Source: Paraspadella gotoi (lineage: Eukaryota; Animalia; Chaetognatha). From it: a stretch of DNA of 64,000 nucleotides. The notes under the pieces are model-generated. The model did not search any database. It was not told the origin of the DNA and was given only the letters and a program-made list of their open reading frames with translations. The position numbers and the translations under genes were made by a program. Of the stretch, positions 1 to 16,869 are shown one piece after another (position 1 is the stretch's first letter; every line of letters begins with the position of its first letter). The DNA is taken from assembly GCA_051294375.1 (NCBI GenBank), contig CM119269.1:18054410-18118409 (forward strand), in the 5' to 3' direction.

Positions 1-1424
1 GCTCGCCCTTTCCCCTCGTAAAATCCTGGTCAGACGGCAATGAGAGAAGAATTTTCCTTCTTTCCTCTCACTATCTGAACTCCGGTGCTCCAACTGCGCC
101 CACTCGATATATATCCAATTCTTTCTTTCCTCTCGAACCATCCTCATCGTTCCTTTCCTCCCTTCACTACCTCCTTTTCTTCTTTTCCTTCCTCCCTCTT
201 TCCTTTTCTCTCTTCCCATCCTCCCCTCTTAACCTCCCTTCCTCGTCAAACCCCGAAACCGATGGAGACAGAAGGCAGAGAGAGAATCGATTTGAGACTT
301 ACGTTTTTTACGACGACAACGACGGTAATTCTCCCGAGGATTCGATTGGTCAACGACGTCCGCCGGGATTTCTTCGCTGTTAATCCACTTTGCCAATGAC
401 GTCGCGAGGACAGGTTCTAAGGTTTCAACCCGCCAACCGCCAACCACCAACTATTCTACAATTTTTCTAGATTTTTCTTATCTTGATCGAGTTCTTGGCC
501 TAGTGTGAATGTTAGGAACCATAATGATAAAAAAAAATTAAAAAAAAAAACAAAAAATGATCGAGTTCAAACTTTACGCACTACATGCCCTAATTTTCAG
601 TTTTCTAAGTTCTTATGTATGTTTATTTGTCAAAGTTGCAGGTGAGGCCACCAAAATATATTGACTGTGTTTGTCGATAGTTTCTTTGACACAAATTTAT
701 CGAGTTCTGATTGGTTCTCAACGAACATTCGCTGGCGACGTCATTGGCGAGATTCTTGTTTTCTGGTTGTGGACCAAAGAGGCCGCTGACTCAGCGCCTG
801 GTCCAAGCGTCTTTGACGGCGGCGTCCTGGTTGTTGTTGTTGTTGTTGTTGTTGTTGGGGTTGCAGTTGTTGTTGCGGTCGTTGCTTGTATTGTTGTCCA
901 ATGTTAAAAGTTTTGTATTTTTTATTTGTTTTTGTAATAGCGACTTCACTCAAACAAACATAAACATAAACAAACCCAAAAAAATTTAGGAAACGAACTC
1001 GACTTGAGATCTCAAAAACCTTTATTCTCCCGATTTCGTCGTCATGGTCGTCGCTGTCGTCGCTGTCGTCGTTTTCCTTCGTCACCATCGTCGTCGTCGT
1101 CGTCTTTTTTCTGGCAAGGAATGACCCCTCCCGACTTTTTCTTTTTTTTTTCTTTCCTTGTTTTGTTTACCCAAAAGAAGGAATTCTCGGTTGTTTTAAC
1201 CAGATTAACATGATTTGTCAGTTGGGGGCAGAAATCACTGGATCCCCGCCATTTTTCGACGTCGCCGGCCGTCGAGGCTGTCCGAGTGCCCGGATGTCGG
1301 GCGAAATCATTAAGGTTTGTGGATATATAGTTATAATTATATAATATATAAGGCTGCGTAAACAACGACGGATGGAATAAAGACGATTTAAAGACAAGTA
1401 CGTAATGATAAGTAATGATATGTA

Positions 1425-1549
1425 TATTAGGCCGGAACAGGTTGAAAACTAGAAGTTCTCTCAAATAATGGTCAGGTGACTGTTAGAGAATATGAAAATG
1501 AAAATAATTTTTAAAATTTGTCTTATTGATAAGCGCACGGAAGCATTTA
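1425..1549 (+). repeat. Interspersed ~125-bp repeat, copy 1 (possible DNA-transposon end)
   Basis: Aligns by eye with 5386-5514, mostly substitutions; both begin TATTAGGCCGGAACAGG. Confidence 0.75.
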
Positions 1550-2049
1550 TCTTTTATTTAACTTTTCAAGCTTTATAGGAATCCGTTCTTAAAAAATAAA
1601 ATTTAAAAAAAAAATTTTGTCATTTGTTATATATTTAAAAGCTTCAGTGCAACAACCCAATGAAATAATTCAAAAAGTTACATTGAAAATCAATTTAGTA
1701 ATATAATTTATATATATATATTATACATCGCGACGACCACGATAACAACAACCATGGCCCTCGAGGAACACGCCGATGAAAACAATAACATTGAAGTCGA
1801 CGATGTAATCAGGTTAAAATAATCAAAGAATCTGATCGCGGATTCTTCCGGTGGCAAGATATTTCAAAGGATCTCTGGTCCCCGACCCCAAGCGTCCCCG
1901 TTTCTCAACCTCCCTGTCGCACTAATCCTAATCCTACCTTTCCTTTGCTAATTCTAATGTCAAGCCTAATGTTGTTTTTTTTTCTCTCATCCTTCCCTTG
2001 ATTCTCTACCGGCTCTAACTGGCAAGTTCATCGGTTCTTCATGAATCAA

Positions 2050-2577
2050 TCAATCCGCTCCACTCTTTTCCAAATTAAATCACTCCTGCCACTCCACCTC
2101 TTTCTCTTAAGTACACCCCACTTCCCATGAATAAATCATTCCGCTCCACTACTCCCTCCCTGATTCAAAGGCCACTCCACCCCTTTTCTCGATGAACACT
2201 AACTCACTCTTCCAGTCCGCTCACTACTTCCCCTTCCCTGATAAAGCCACTCACCCTTTTTTCATATATGAAACACTAAAACTCCACCTTCAGTCCGCAT
2301 CCACTTACTCCTCCCATGACTAGTCAATAGCCACCTCCAACCCCTTTCTTTTCGATCAAAACACTAACTCCAGTCGTCCGTCCCACTCCACTACTTCCTC
2401 CCTTATTCAAAGGCCACTCCACCCCTTTCTCGATAAAACACTAACTCTACTCTTCAGTCCGCTCCACTACTCCCTCCCTGATTCAAAGGCCACTCCACCC
2501 CTTTCTCGATGAAACACTAACTCCACTCTTCAGTCCGCTCCACTACTTTCTCCATGAATCAAAGGCCACTCCACCCG
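2050..2577. repeat. Minisatellite, ~76-bp unit, ~6-7 copies
   Basis: Unit attcaaaggccactccacccctttctcgatgaaacactaactccactcttcagtccgctccactactccctccctg recurs at 2405, 2481 and ~2558, with more degenerate copies to the left. Confidence 0.85.
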
Positions 2578-5385
2578 TTCCCCCTCCCGCAAGACAATCA
2601 GGCCGACCTCTCGGCGGATGTTTGACGATTGATATTCATGACACAATGATATATTCGCAATCGTTGCCGGTTTCTGCCGCCGGCTCCGCCTCCGCCGCCG
2701 CCGTCGCCGCCGACCTTGTTGTTGTCTTCGTGTTCCGACTGATTACAGTATCTTCGCCGCCAACGCCGCGGCCGCCGCCAAAGCCGAAGCAAAATCCGCC
2801 GTAGACGTCGCAAGGGAATTCGGCTTCACCATTTCTCAGGTGCTTTGCTGACATCTCTCACCGAATTGAGGGGGGAAAAACTTTGGAGGACGCAACTTTT
2901 TTCGATTTGGTTCACTTATGTTCACTTATGTATTACGTAAGGTAAACTTGGTTAAACTTTGTCCAATGTTCGATTATAATTCTTGGCGGGCGTCATCGGA
3001 ACAACACTACTTTAGTCTCACTCTATTCCTTTCACCTTTTCATCTGCCCCTCTTTATCCTTTATTTCTTCCCACGACTCGAACCCTCATTGACGTCCGCA
3101 ATGGCAACGAAAGGCGACAAAATCTCCCAGCGAATCTTTTTATTCGGAAGCGGAAAAGTTAAAATAGCGGAAAAGAGAAAAAAATAGAGAGAAACCGTAG
3201 ATTCGATTTTGTGGACGACGACGACGACGACGACGACGACGGACGCGACGACGGTGGAAGGTTAGAGTCTTGACCGGTAGATCAAATTCCTCAGCGACCA
3301 TCGAGGACATGGAGTCTCTCTCTTGGCAATCGATGAGGAATAAAAAAGATTACATCTTCGAAATGAAAAAAAAACAATAACAAAGTGGTAAACAAGTTGG
3401 AGAAGAGGGAGAAGAAGACGGAGTAGGTAAGTTGGTAATAAGATGAAGTGCAAATTGCTAAACCTGTTAGACATTGTAATAGAAGAATAACGAAGAGGTA
3501 AACGAGTACATTAAAAGATATTTTCATTTAAACGTAATTGATGTCGATAAAACAATGCTAACCCGAAGGAGAACAATCCAGCAATCTAAATATGCAATCA
3601 GTCATTCAGATGTCAGAACCATCTTCTGCTTATTTTTACTCATTTATTTATTTACCTAGATGAAAATTTTATTTATTTATTTATGTATGTTTGCTTAGTA
3701 ATTTATTTAATTGATTGAAATTTAAGTCGTTATTCATATTTGTTTACTTATTTTTGGCCTCAATTTTCCATCCCTGCTCTCTCCATCATCCATCCCCCTT
3801 CTACACCCCAAACTCATCCCCCCCTCCACCCCCCCTCCATCTGAGCCCTTGGTTCCACTTTCATCGATTCCTGGATTCTTCGGGTCCGGAGGGCAAAGGA
3901 AACACTTGCTCATGAATTGTCGGGGATGACCAAGCATGAAAAGACCATCGGGGCCACGACGATGATGACGACGATGATGACGACGATGATGACGACGACG
4001 ATGACGACGCCGATAGGCCGACCCTGGGGAAAGCGGGAGAAAAGTTCTCGGGGAAAAAAAATGGGAAAGAAAGGCGAAAAAGAAAAAGGCTAACGAGAGT
4101 AAAAAATGGAAAAGTAAAGGTTATTATTGAAAAAGAAGGATTGAAAAAGTGAGAGATAAAAAGTAAAAAAAGTGAAATATGAAACGTGAGGGAAAAACAG
4201 AAATGGTTTGTCAGACGGAAAATGCAAAAAAAAATAGAGCACAAAAACAAAAACAAAAACAAAAAAACAAAATCTACAAACGAAAACAAGAAAAAAAGTT
4301 TTGAGAACAAAACAGCGGAGCCGCGCAAAAAGCAAAAGGAAAAAAAAAATATTCAGAATAAAAGTTTAAAAAAAAAAAAAGAATGATTCAAGGAACAAAG
4401 CAAAAATTTTCTTTTTCGGTTTGAAAAACGATTTCCAAAAATTGATCCATTGTAGTTTTGGAAATGAAAGAGACCGCCAATCCGTAGAGGAAAAGTCGAA
4501 AGACTTCGTTTACTTAAGAACGAGTTATTGTAATAGTAATTGTAAAAGTTGCGGTTGTTTTTAATTTCGTCTAATGGATATAGATGTTTTTTTTTCAATC
4601 CGTCGTCGTTTTTGTTTTTTTNNNNNNNNNNNNNNNNNNNNNNNNNNNNNNNNNNNNNNNNNNNNNNNNNNNNNNNNNNNNNNNNNNNNNNNNNNNNNNN
4701 NNNNNNNNNNNNNNNNNNNNNNNNNNNNNNNNNNNNNNNNNNNNNNNNNNNNNNNNNNNNNNNNNNNNNNNNNNNNNNNNNNNNNNNNNNNNNNNNNNNN
4801 NNNNNNNNNNNNNNNNNNNNNNNNNNNNNNNNNNNNNNNNNNNNNNNNNNNNNNNNNNNNNNNNNNNNNNNNNNNNNNNNNNNNNNNNNNNNNNNNNNNN
4901 NNNNNNNNNNNNNNNNNNNNNNNNNNNNNNNNNNNNNNTTCTTTTCAGCCCCGCTTTTTCTTCTATCTCCAACTCTCGTTTAGTATTCATCCCTCACCAA
5001 CCTAAACTATCTGACCCTTTTACCCTATCNNNNNNNNNNNNNNNNNNNNNNNNNNNNNNNNNNNNNNNNNNNNNNNNNNNNNNNNNNNNNNNNNNNNNNN
5101 NNNNNNNNNNNNNNNNNNNNNNNNNNNNNNNNNNNNNNNNNNNNNNNNNNNNNNNNNNNNNNNNNNNNNNNNNTTTCCTCGATTCCCCTTAAAACAACTC
5201 CCCTTAAAATCTTCGCTTGCTCTTCCATCAAGACTTGATCATCCCTACCAGTTTAGTTATTAACTGTGAGCTTCTTTAAAAAGTAGCCCAAAAAAATAAA
5301 TTGAAAAGTGTTTTGAATAATTTAAAAACGGTAAAAAATTTTCAATAGTTTTTACATAAATTTAAAAATATAACTTAGGACTACC

Positions 5386-5514
5386 TATTAGGCCGGAACA
5401 GGTTGAAAACTCGAAGTTCACTCAAATAAATAATGGTAAAGTGACTGTTAGAGAATATGAAAACAAAAATAATTTTAAAAAATTATCTTATTAATAAGCG
5501 CACGGAAGCATTTA
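5386..5514 (+). repeat. Interspersed ~125-bp repeat, copy 2
   Basis: Direct copy of 1425-1549. Confidence 0.75.
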
Positions 5515-6674
5515 AAGATTATTTAATTACTATATAAAGTTAAAATTTTTTTTTGAATTTTTCAATTTCATAGGTAGTACCTATGATAGAAAATTTATCA
5601 CGGGCGGCTCTACAGACAATACAGTAAAACGTAAATTTGAGAATTCCGTTAAATGGGCAATAAAATTAACCTACGCGCATCTGATCCTCAAATTTTTTTT
5701 TTACATTTTATGAAAAGTTATTTCAAACCTCAACATGTTTGAGTCTCGGTTAAAGTACGTAGTTTAAAAACCCTCAGTTTTCCTCCGTTTACTTCTGCCC
5801 GTTCTGATACCTGTTTAACCTGTTTAACCTAAATCCTTGTCCCACACATTTCCCTTCAATACTTTCTCATCTTTCTCCTCAACTGCTTTCTCTCTTTNNN
5901 NNNNNNNNNNNNNNNNNNNNNNNNNNNNNNNNNNNNNNNNNNNNNNNNNNNNNNNNNNNNNNNNNNNNNNNNNNNNNNNNNNNNNNNNNNNNNNNNNNNN
6001 NNNNNNNNNNNNNNNNNNNNNNNNNNNNNNNNNNNNNNNNNNNNNNNNNNNNNNNNNNNNNNNNNNNNNNNNNNNNNNNNNNNNNNNNNNNNNNNNNNNN
6101 NNNNNNNNNNNNNNNNNNNNNNNNNNNNNNNNNNNNNNNNNNNNNNNNNNNNNNNNNNNNNNNNNNNNNNNNNNNNNNNNNNNNNNNNNNNNNNNNNNNN
6201 NNNNNNNNNNNNNNNNNNNNNNNNNNNNACGACGACGACGACGACGACGACGATTTTAAAGTGAAGAAGGGAAACGTAGCCATCATCAGTATCATCGTCG
6301 TCGTCGTCGTCGTGTCGCGTAAAAGACTTTTTTGTTTTATTATTAACGATGACAATCAGCAATGACAATAAATGACTTAAAACGACAATTAAATAACAAA
6401 GAGATGATAAAGATGAGAAAAGAAAAAAAAATCGACCCTTTGACGATAAAAATTAATGAGGAAGACAAGAATGACAGCGACCTCAACGTGGACAGCGTCG
6501 ATGACAGCGACCACGATGGGAACTCTGACGATGACAGTGACCATAGCGAGGACGACGACGATGACAGTGACAACGACCGGTTTCTTTTTTCCTCTTCCTC
6601 TTCCTCCTCCTCCTCCTCCTCCCCCTGGGTTTTTCGTCCGGAAGAGTCTCGTTTCTACGGACATTAAACGGGAT

Positions 6675-6736
6675 CCCATCCCAGTTCTCATTTGCCCTCG
6701 CTGCGTGGGACGATGATAGGGGGAACGATGATAGGA

Positions 6737-6767
<31 letters not shown>

Positions 6768-6897
6768 TATTGACAACGACGACGACGACGACGAAGACAA
6801 TGCGTTGATGGCGTGATATAGAGAATACGATGACTATGAACTCGGTGATAAAGCTGAAGATGATGAAAATCGACGTCCGACGTGACCTGATGATGAC

Positions 6898-6965
<68 letters not shown>

Positions 6966-7945
6966 CGATGATGATGTCTATGTTGATGATTATAAGTCAA
7001 GGTAGCCTACCAGACAATAAAAAGGCTGATGCAAAAAAAAAGAATTGAGACGACATTTTAACTCGTTGATTCTTGTTTTTGCGAAGATGAGAAAATAAAA
7101 TAGCATTTAATTAATAAAATACGGAAAGTGTAAACGTTACTTTTATATTGAGAAACCATTTTTTTGTTTTTCAAACTCATTCTGGATTTCAACTTTTCAA
7201 TTTCTCAAAATGATCGAACGCGCGACGCCATCTTTTTTTTTTCTTAATTGAATCGAGAGAGGAAAAAAAAAAGACGTTCGCCTCCTCTGATTCGTTGACA
7301 GTTTGATGGAAATCGCGCCACCGTCAACGTCGACCTTCGCGAAGGAGATTCATCCTTTTTTTCNNNNNNNNNNNNNNNNNNNNNNNNNTCCCATCTCCCT
7401 GCTCATGCCCTCGCTGCGTGGACGAGATAGGGAACCGATATAGACGGCGGCGACGACGACCGCGACGACGCGATGATTGACAATCGACGACGACGAACGA
7501 GAAGACAATCCCGTGATGCTGAATATAAGAATTCGATGACTGTGGAACTCGGTGATAAAGCTGAAGTGCTGAAATCACCGTCCGACGTGACCTGATGTAT
7601 GATTATGATGATAATGATGATTATGATGACGATGATGAGATGAGATGATGATGATATCGGATGTCGTTATTGTTCGTATTATAAGTCATAAGTAGCTACA
7701 GACAATAATCATGCAAAAGGATAGATCGACATTTACTCGTTATTCTTTTTTTGCGGATGAGAAAAAATATCAAATTAATAATAAACACAAAATTAAACGT
7801 ACGATTTATAAATTGAGACCGTAACAATAATTCTGGGATTCAACTTTCATTTCTCAAAGATGAACGAACGCGGCACGCCCATCTTTTTTCTTTCTAAATG
7901 AAATTCGAGAGAGGAACACCGTTCGCCTTCCTCTCCTGCACAGTT
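6675..7945 (+). repeat. Tandem direct duplication (6675-7325 vs 7389-7945) across a 25-N gap; contains a (GAT)n tract
   Basis: The second copy is a deletion-rich version of the first; likely an overfilled-gap artefact. Confidence 0.8.
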
Positions 7946-10755
7946 TGATGATCCCCACCCATCCGACCCCAACTCCCTTGCCCCCCTCAAACCCCCTTCT
8001 CCCCGTCTAACCCCCTCGCCCGCCACCCTTAACTCCTACCAGCCCCTGCCGTTCTCTTCCTCCTTCACTTCCCCCGTTCTCATGCTCCTTCCTTTCCCGG
8101 CTTTCTTCCTCATTTTGCATTCATCGGTCTTCTTTCCTCTGTTTTTTTCCCACCGGTGATCTTCCTCCTTTTCCTTCCTATGTCTCTTCTCGTTCCCTCC
8201 TCCTTTCCCTTCCTCTGTTCCTTTCTCTCTTTCTCTCACTCCTTTCCCTTCCTCCTTTCTTCGCCCGTTCTCTCCTTCCTTTTCCGTTTCTCGCTCCTCA
8301 GTTCTCGCTCTCCCTTCCCTTCCTCTGTTCTTTTTCTCCTTTTCTCTTTTACTCCTTTCGCCCCATTCCTCCTTTTCTTGCGCCCTTCTTCTTCCTTCCT
8401 CTTTCTTCCGTTCTCTTCCTCATTTCTCCTCTTCCTTTTCCATTCCTCTGTTCTTTTTCTCTTCTCTATCTCCCTTCCCTTCCTCCTTCTCTTCGCCCTT
8501 ACTCTTATCCTTCCTCTCCGTTCTCTTCTCCCAGTTCTCCCTCCTTCCACTTCCTCTGTTCTTTACTCCTCCTAACTCCTTTCCTTCCTCTTTTCTCTTC
8601 GCCTCTCTTCCTTCTTCTTCCGTCTCTTTTTCCTCCGGTCCTCTCCCTCCGTTCCCTTCCTGTCCTGCCTTTTTCTTGCTCCGTATCTTCCTCTTGTTCC
8701 CCTTCCCCCTCCCTCCCTTCTTCCTTCCTCGCCCCTCTTCCGGAGGCCAAGACCCAAAAACCTCTTTCTCTTTTTTTTTTTTGTCGTGATATTTATCGAA
8801 TCGCCAGCGTCGGTGACACAATTAACGTCGTTCAACTCAGGTAATTAGTAGACGGGGAAAAACTAAGGAACAACTAAAGATTTTTTTGATTCCTGATGAA
8901 AATTATTGAAATCTGTTCGATGTCGGGCACGAAGTCGCGATTTCATAACTAACTGCTAAATCTCTGATAAAAATCACAGCGACCAGACTAATCGGTGATC
9001 GAAAAACAACAATGAATGAATGACTAAATAAATTAATGATTTTCTAATGTATACTTGTTTAGTATACTTTGTATACGGTATAGTATACCATTCTTTTTTA
9101 AATATTTCACTACTTTATCCCGTCCATATACATCAGCTCCCACTTGGCTTTTCGACCTTTTTATAATCGTCTTTCTTTACCACCGCTTTTCTTTCACCGT
9201 CTTACTATCCCTTTCGCAGGTCTCTCTTTTCTCGCTTTTCTTCTTTCTATATTTCTCTCCACTCTTTCCTTCCTCTCCGCATAACTTTCCTTTCTTTTTT
9301 TGCTCTTCACTTACAGACTCTTCTATCCTTCACCAGTTTCCCTGACTTTCTCCTATCTTTCCAACCCCTCTTTCCATCCTTCCTCTCTTCCCCTCCTCTC
9401 TTTCCCTCCGTCTCTTTCAATCTTTAATCAGCCTCAGCCTCTGACCCCTCAGCCCTTCCTCGTGATCCTCTTTTCAAAAAACTGGGAAAGACGAAGACAA
9501 AAAAAAANNNNNNNNNNNNNNNNNNNNNNNNNNNNNNNNNNNNNNNNNNNNNNNNNNNNNNNNNNNNNNNNNNNNNNNNNNNNNNNNNNNNNNNNNNNNN
9601 NNNNNNNNNNNNNNNNNNNNNNNNNNNNNNNNNNNNNNNNNNNNNNNNNNNNNNNNNNNNNNNNNNNNNNNNNNNNNNNNNNNNNNNNNNNNNNNNNNNN
9701 NNNNNNNNNNNNNNNNNNNNNNNNNNNNNNNNNNNNNNNNNNNNNNNNNNNNNNNNNNNNNNNNNNNNNNNNNNNNNNNNNNNNNNNNNNNNNNNNNAGC
9801 AGAGGAAAAGAGAAACAAAGAAAATTAAAGGTTGAGGGAAGAAGGAAGGAGAAAAAAGTTGGAAAGAAAGGAGGAGAAACTTTCTATTATATTTGTAAAG
9901 CGATTTACAATATTTTAGAACAATGATTATCGAACGCATGGACGGACAGATCGATGTGCCTGAAATGAACCCAAAAAATGATAAATATGAAAGAATAAAA
10001 AAAAAATAAGATAAACTAGTAGATAAAAGAAAACCGAATCGAAAATATTTCCGATGAGATGTGAACCGAAAAACGAAGCAACAGACCGACCGACCGATTG
10101 AGGAGCAAAATCTGATCCATTCGTGCTACCCTATTTTACATCTTTTTTAATTTTGAACATTATTATTCTTCTGCGATTCNNNNNNNNNNNNNNNNNNNNN
10201 NNNNNNNNNNNNNNNNNNNNNNNNNNNNNNNNNNNNNNNNNNNNNNNNNNNNNNNNNNNNNNNNNNNNNNNNNNNNNNNNNNNNNNNNNNNNNNNNNNNN
10301 NNNNNNNNNNNNNNNNNNNNNNNNNNNNNNNNNNNNNNNNNNNNNNNNNNNNNNNNNNNNNNNNNNNNNNNNNNNNNNNNNNNNNNNNNNNNNNNNNNNN
10401 NNNNGAGAGAGAGAGAGAGAGAGATAGAGAAAGAGAGACACCCATGCAGTCGATTTTCACAAACACCATTCGTCGGGTTTTCAGGTCGAAGCCGAAACTT
10501 CAAATTATCATCCCAAACAAAAACAAGAACAACAACAACAACAAAAACTCCGTTAACGTCAGTTATGACCACGCCCACATTTCCGACGCCAGAGACAATG
10601 ATTATGACTTGAAAAAAACCGCGACCAGGGTAACCAATGGCAACGACGACGACTATCACGACGACGTAGACAAGAATGGGCTTTTGTAAATCCATCTCAT
10701 CGACTGTAACGAATGAATGTGTCACATGTCAATTTCTTAAATTTTCAGATGTCAT

Positions 10756-10933
10756 TATGAAATTGGTACAACCAATATAAAAATTATCCATTCATTTAAT
10801 AAATAAGCTATCTTGCCCCTGACTTTGAACAGGCTTTGGTGGTTTAAGGCCTCCATCACTCTTACAAGATAATGACATAGCAGGTCCCTGCAAGCTTTCA
10901 ATCAAGACTCTCTCACATTCTCGTTTATTCACT
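10756..10933 (+). repeat. Interspersed repeat family (copies also ~11056-11122, ~29241-29395, 36931-37082, 41672-41736; short heads at ~37382 and ~37585)
   Basis: Shared core tatgaaattggtacaaccaatataaaaattatccattcatttaataaataagctatcttgcccctgac. Confidence 0.8.
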
Positions 10934-12600
10934 ATATTCAGTTTGGCTGAAGTTTCAATTCTGCTGCTAAATAGGTTTTTATACTATTTATGTATGTTGT
11001 AAAAGTAGGTAAGAATACGGAAGTTAGACGACAAAGAAAAGGCAGCGAATCTTTTTGAAATTAGTACAACCAATATAAAATTATTCGTTCATTCAACAAA
11101 TAAGCTAACTTGGCCGTGACTTTGGCCGTGATATGAAAGGAGGAATATGAAAAATAAAGAAAGGAAGAAAAAAAAGGGAAAAAAAGTAAAAGACGAAAAC
11201 AAGGAAAGTAAGGAAATGGACGAAACAGAAGAAACTGAAACAGAAAGATGGGGAAAACAGAGAAAACAGAGGAAATCTAAGAAACAAAGGAAAAGGGAGA
11301 AGGAGAAGGAAAGGAAGGAAATGGGGGGAAATGGAAGAAACAAAAAAAACGGAGGAAGGGGGAAATGTTTAAAAAAAAAAAGAATGAAACGGAGGAAAGA
11401 GAAGAAACGAAGAAAACGGAGGAAAAATAGGAAGGAGAAGAAGTAAAGGAAACCAAGGAGGCGGCGGTAACGAAGGAAAGAGAGAAAACGAAGGAAGTGG
11501 TAGAGAGAAAAACTGGGAGAAAAATCGGTCCTGGGATTTTTCTTCTTCTTCTGGGAAAACTCGTCTTTGTTTGCGGCGAAGAGAGGAAAGATTCTCTCGG
11601 GACGGAAGAAGAAGGAAGAGTTCAAATAGTCGGGAGGATCAAACGTCTTCGGAGAGAATAGAAGGTGGAAGGAATTCGAATGGTGAACGAAAGGAAGGGG
11701 GGGTCAAATGTGAAAGGGGGAGGTGGGAAATGGAAAATAATAGAGAGGGAAGAAGGGACGAGAAGAATTTATATTATGTGTTTTATTCGTTTACAACAAT
11801 TAGTTGAAACAGTACATTCAAAAGGGCATACAGCATTACAGATAAACGCATAAATTGTACAGTTTACAATTCAACAAAATATAAAGAGGAGGTTCAATTG
11901 TGAATAAGAGGAGGGAAGATATCAACATAGATATTGAATTTTTTTGTAATTAGAGAGACGAGGAAGTTATCTAAATGTGATTGTTTTATACAAGGTAATT
12001 AATAAGTTGAGGGAGAGANNNNNNNNNNNNNNNNNNNNNNNNNNNNNNNNNNNNNNNNNNNNNNNNNNNNNNNNNNNNNNNNNNNNNNNNNNNNNNNNNN
12101 NNNNNNNNNNNNNNNNNNNNNNNNNNNNNNNNNNNNNNNNNNNNNNNNNNNNNNNNNNNNNNNNNNNNNNNNNNNNNNNNNNNNNNNNNNNNNNNNNNNN
12201 NNNNNNNNNNNNNNNNNNNNNNNNNNNNNNNNNNNNNNNNNNNNNNNNNNNNNNNNNNNNNNNNNNNNNNNNNNNNNNNNNNNNNNNNNNNNNNNNNNNN
12301 NNNNNNNNNNNNNNNNNNNNNNNNNNNNNNNNNNNNNNNNNNNNNNNNNNNNNNNNNNNNNNNNNNNNNNNNNNNNNNNNNNNNNNNNNNNNNNNNNNNN
12401 NNNNNNNNNNNNNNNNNNNNNNNNNNNNNNNNNNNNNNNNNNNNNNNNNNNNNNNNNNNNNNNNNNNNNNNNNNNNNNNNNNNNNNNNNNNNNNNNNNNN
12501 NNNNNNNNNNNNNNNNNNNNNNNNNNNNNNNNNNNNNNNNNNNNNNNNNNNNNNNNNNNNNNNNNNNNNNNNNNNNNNNNNNNNNNNNNNNNNNNNNNNN

Positions 12601-14770
<2,170 letters not shown>

Positions 14771-14884
14771 CAAATCTTTTCTCTACTTTTGCCATTCTCA
14801 TTCTATGGATGCCATGACCCCCCCCCACCTTTCCTTCACCTATCCAACATCTCTCTCTGNNNNNNNNNNNNNNNNNNNNNNNNN

Positions 14885-16073
<1,189 letters not shown>

Positions 16074-16559
16074 CTATCCTTTTCACTGTCGCCGTAAATC
16101 AAAAAGGGCGTCGGTAGAGGTAGGGACGGCGTTGGCGAGGGGGGGGGCGAAGTACGAGTGAGAGAATCCACGACACCATTTTTTTGGAAAGGTTGGATGA
16201 GATTTGAAGGGGAAAGGGGGGGGAAGAGCTGAGGTTTGGGAATTGGAGTGGACAGTGGGAATGAGACAAAGTTTCCATGTCCAAAACCCAAATGAAATAA
16301 ACGACAAAGAATAAATATATTTTAAATAAAAGCATAACTGTTCGTTATTGGGTTAAAAAAATATTTTGTCGATTCGTTTACGCTCTATCCGTTTGATGTT
16401 CTTCGTGATTACAAGTTTTAACAAATAGATTACTTCTCTATAGATTGAGAAATTTAAGCAGTTGATAAATTTTCACATAAAGAGGTTTTCACTCACAAGT
16501 GCTGGCAAGGAATTTTCTTTCTCTGTCCCTGTCTCTCGTCTTTTAGCCATGTCTTCGAC

Positions 16560-16620
<61 letters not shown>

Positions 16621-16789
16621 GCCTCCTCTCTCTCTCTCTCTCTCTACTTCCCTCCCTTTCTTTCATCTAGTTAGTTTTTTCCTCCCAAATTTCCCGTGGG
16701 AGTTTCTCCAAGGTTTTTGTTTCTCAATAATCTCGTTTAACAAGCGACGAGAAACACTAACCTTCTTTTCTACTCTCTCTCTCTTTTCT

Positions 16790-16869
<80 letters not shown>

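Noticed and set aside
2050-2577. CRISPR-like appearance of regularly spaced repeats
   Set aside because: Whole units repeat with no unique spacers, there are no cas genes, and the context is eukaryotic.
6830-7048. Poly-Met / poly-His ORFs
   Set aside because: Translation of a (GAT)n microsatellite.
8036-8835. Overlapping Arg/Lys/Glu-rich and Phe/Ser/Leu-rich ORFs (also 11089-11625, 18441-18994, 40800-41557, 42866-43900)
   Set aside because: Polypurine/polypyrimidine low-complexity DNA lacks stop codons by composition; no domain or splice support.
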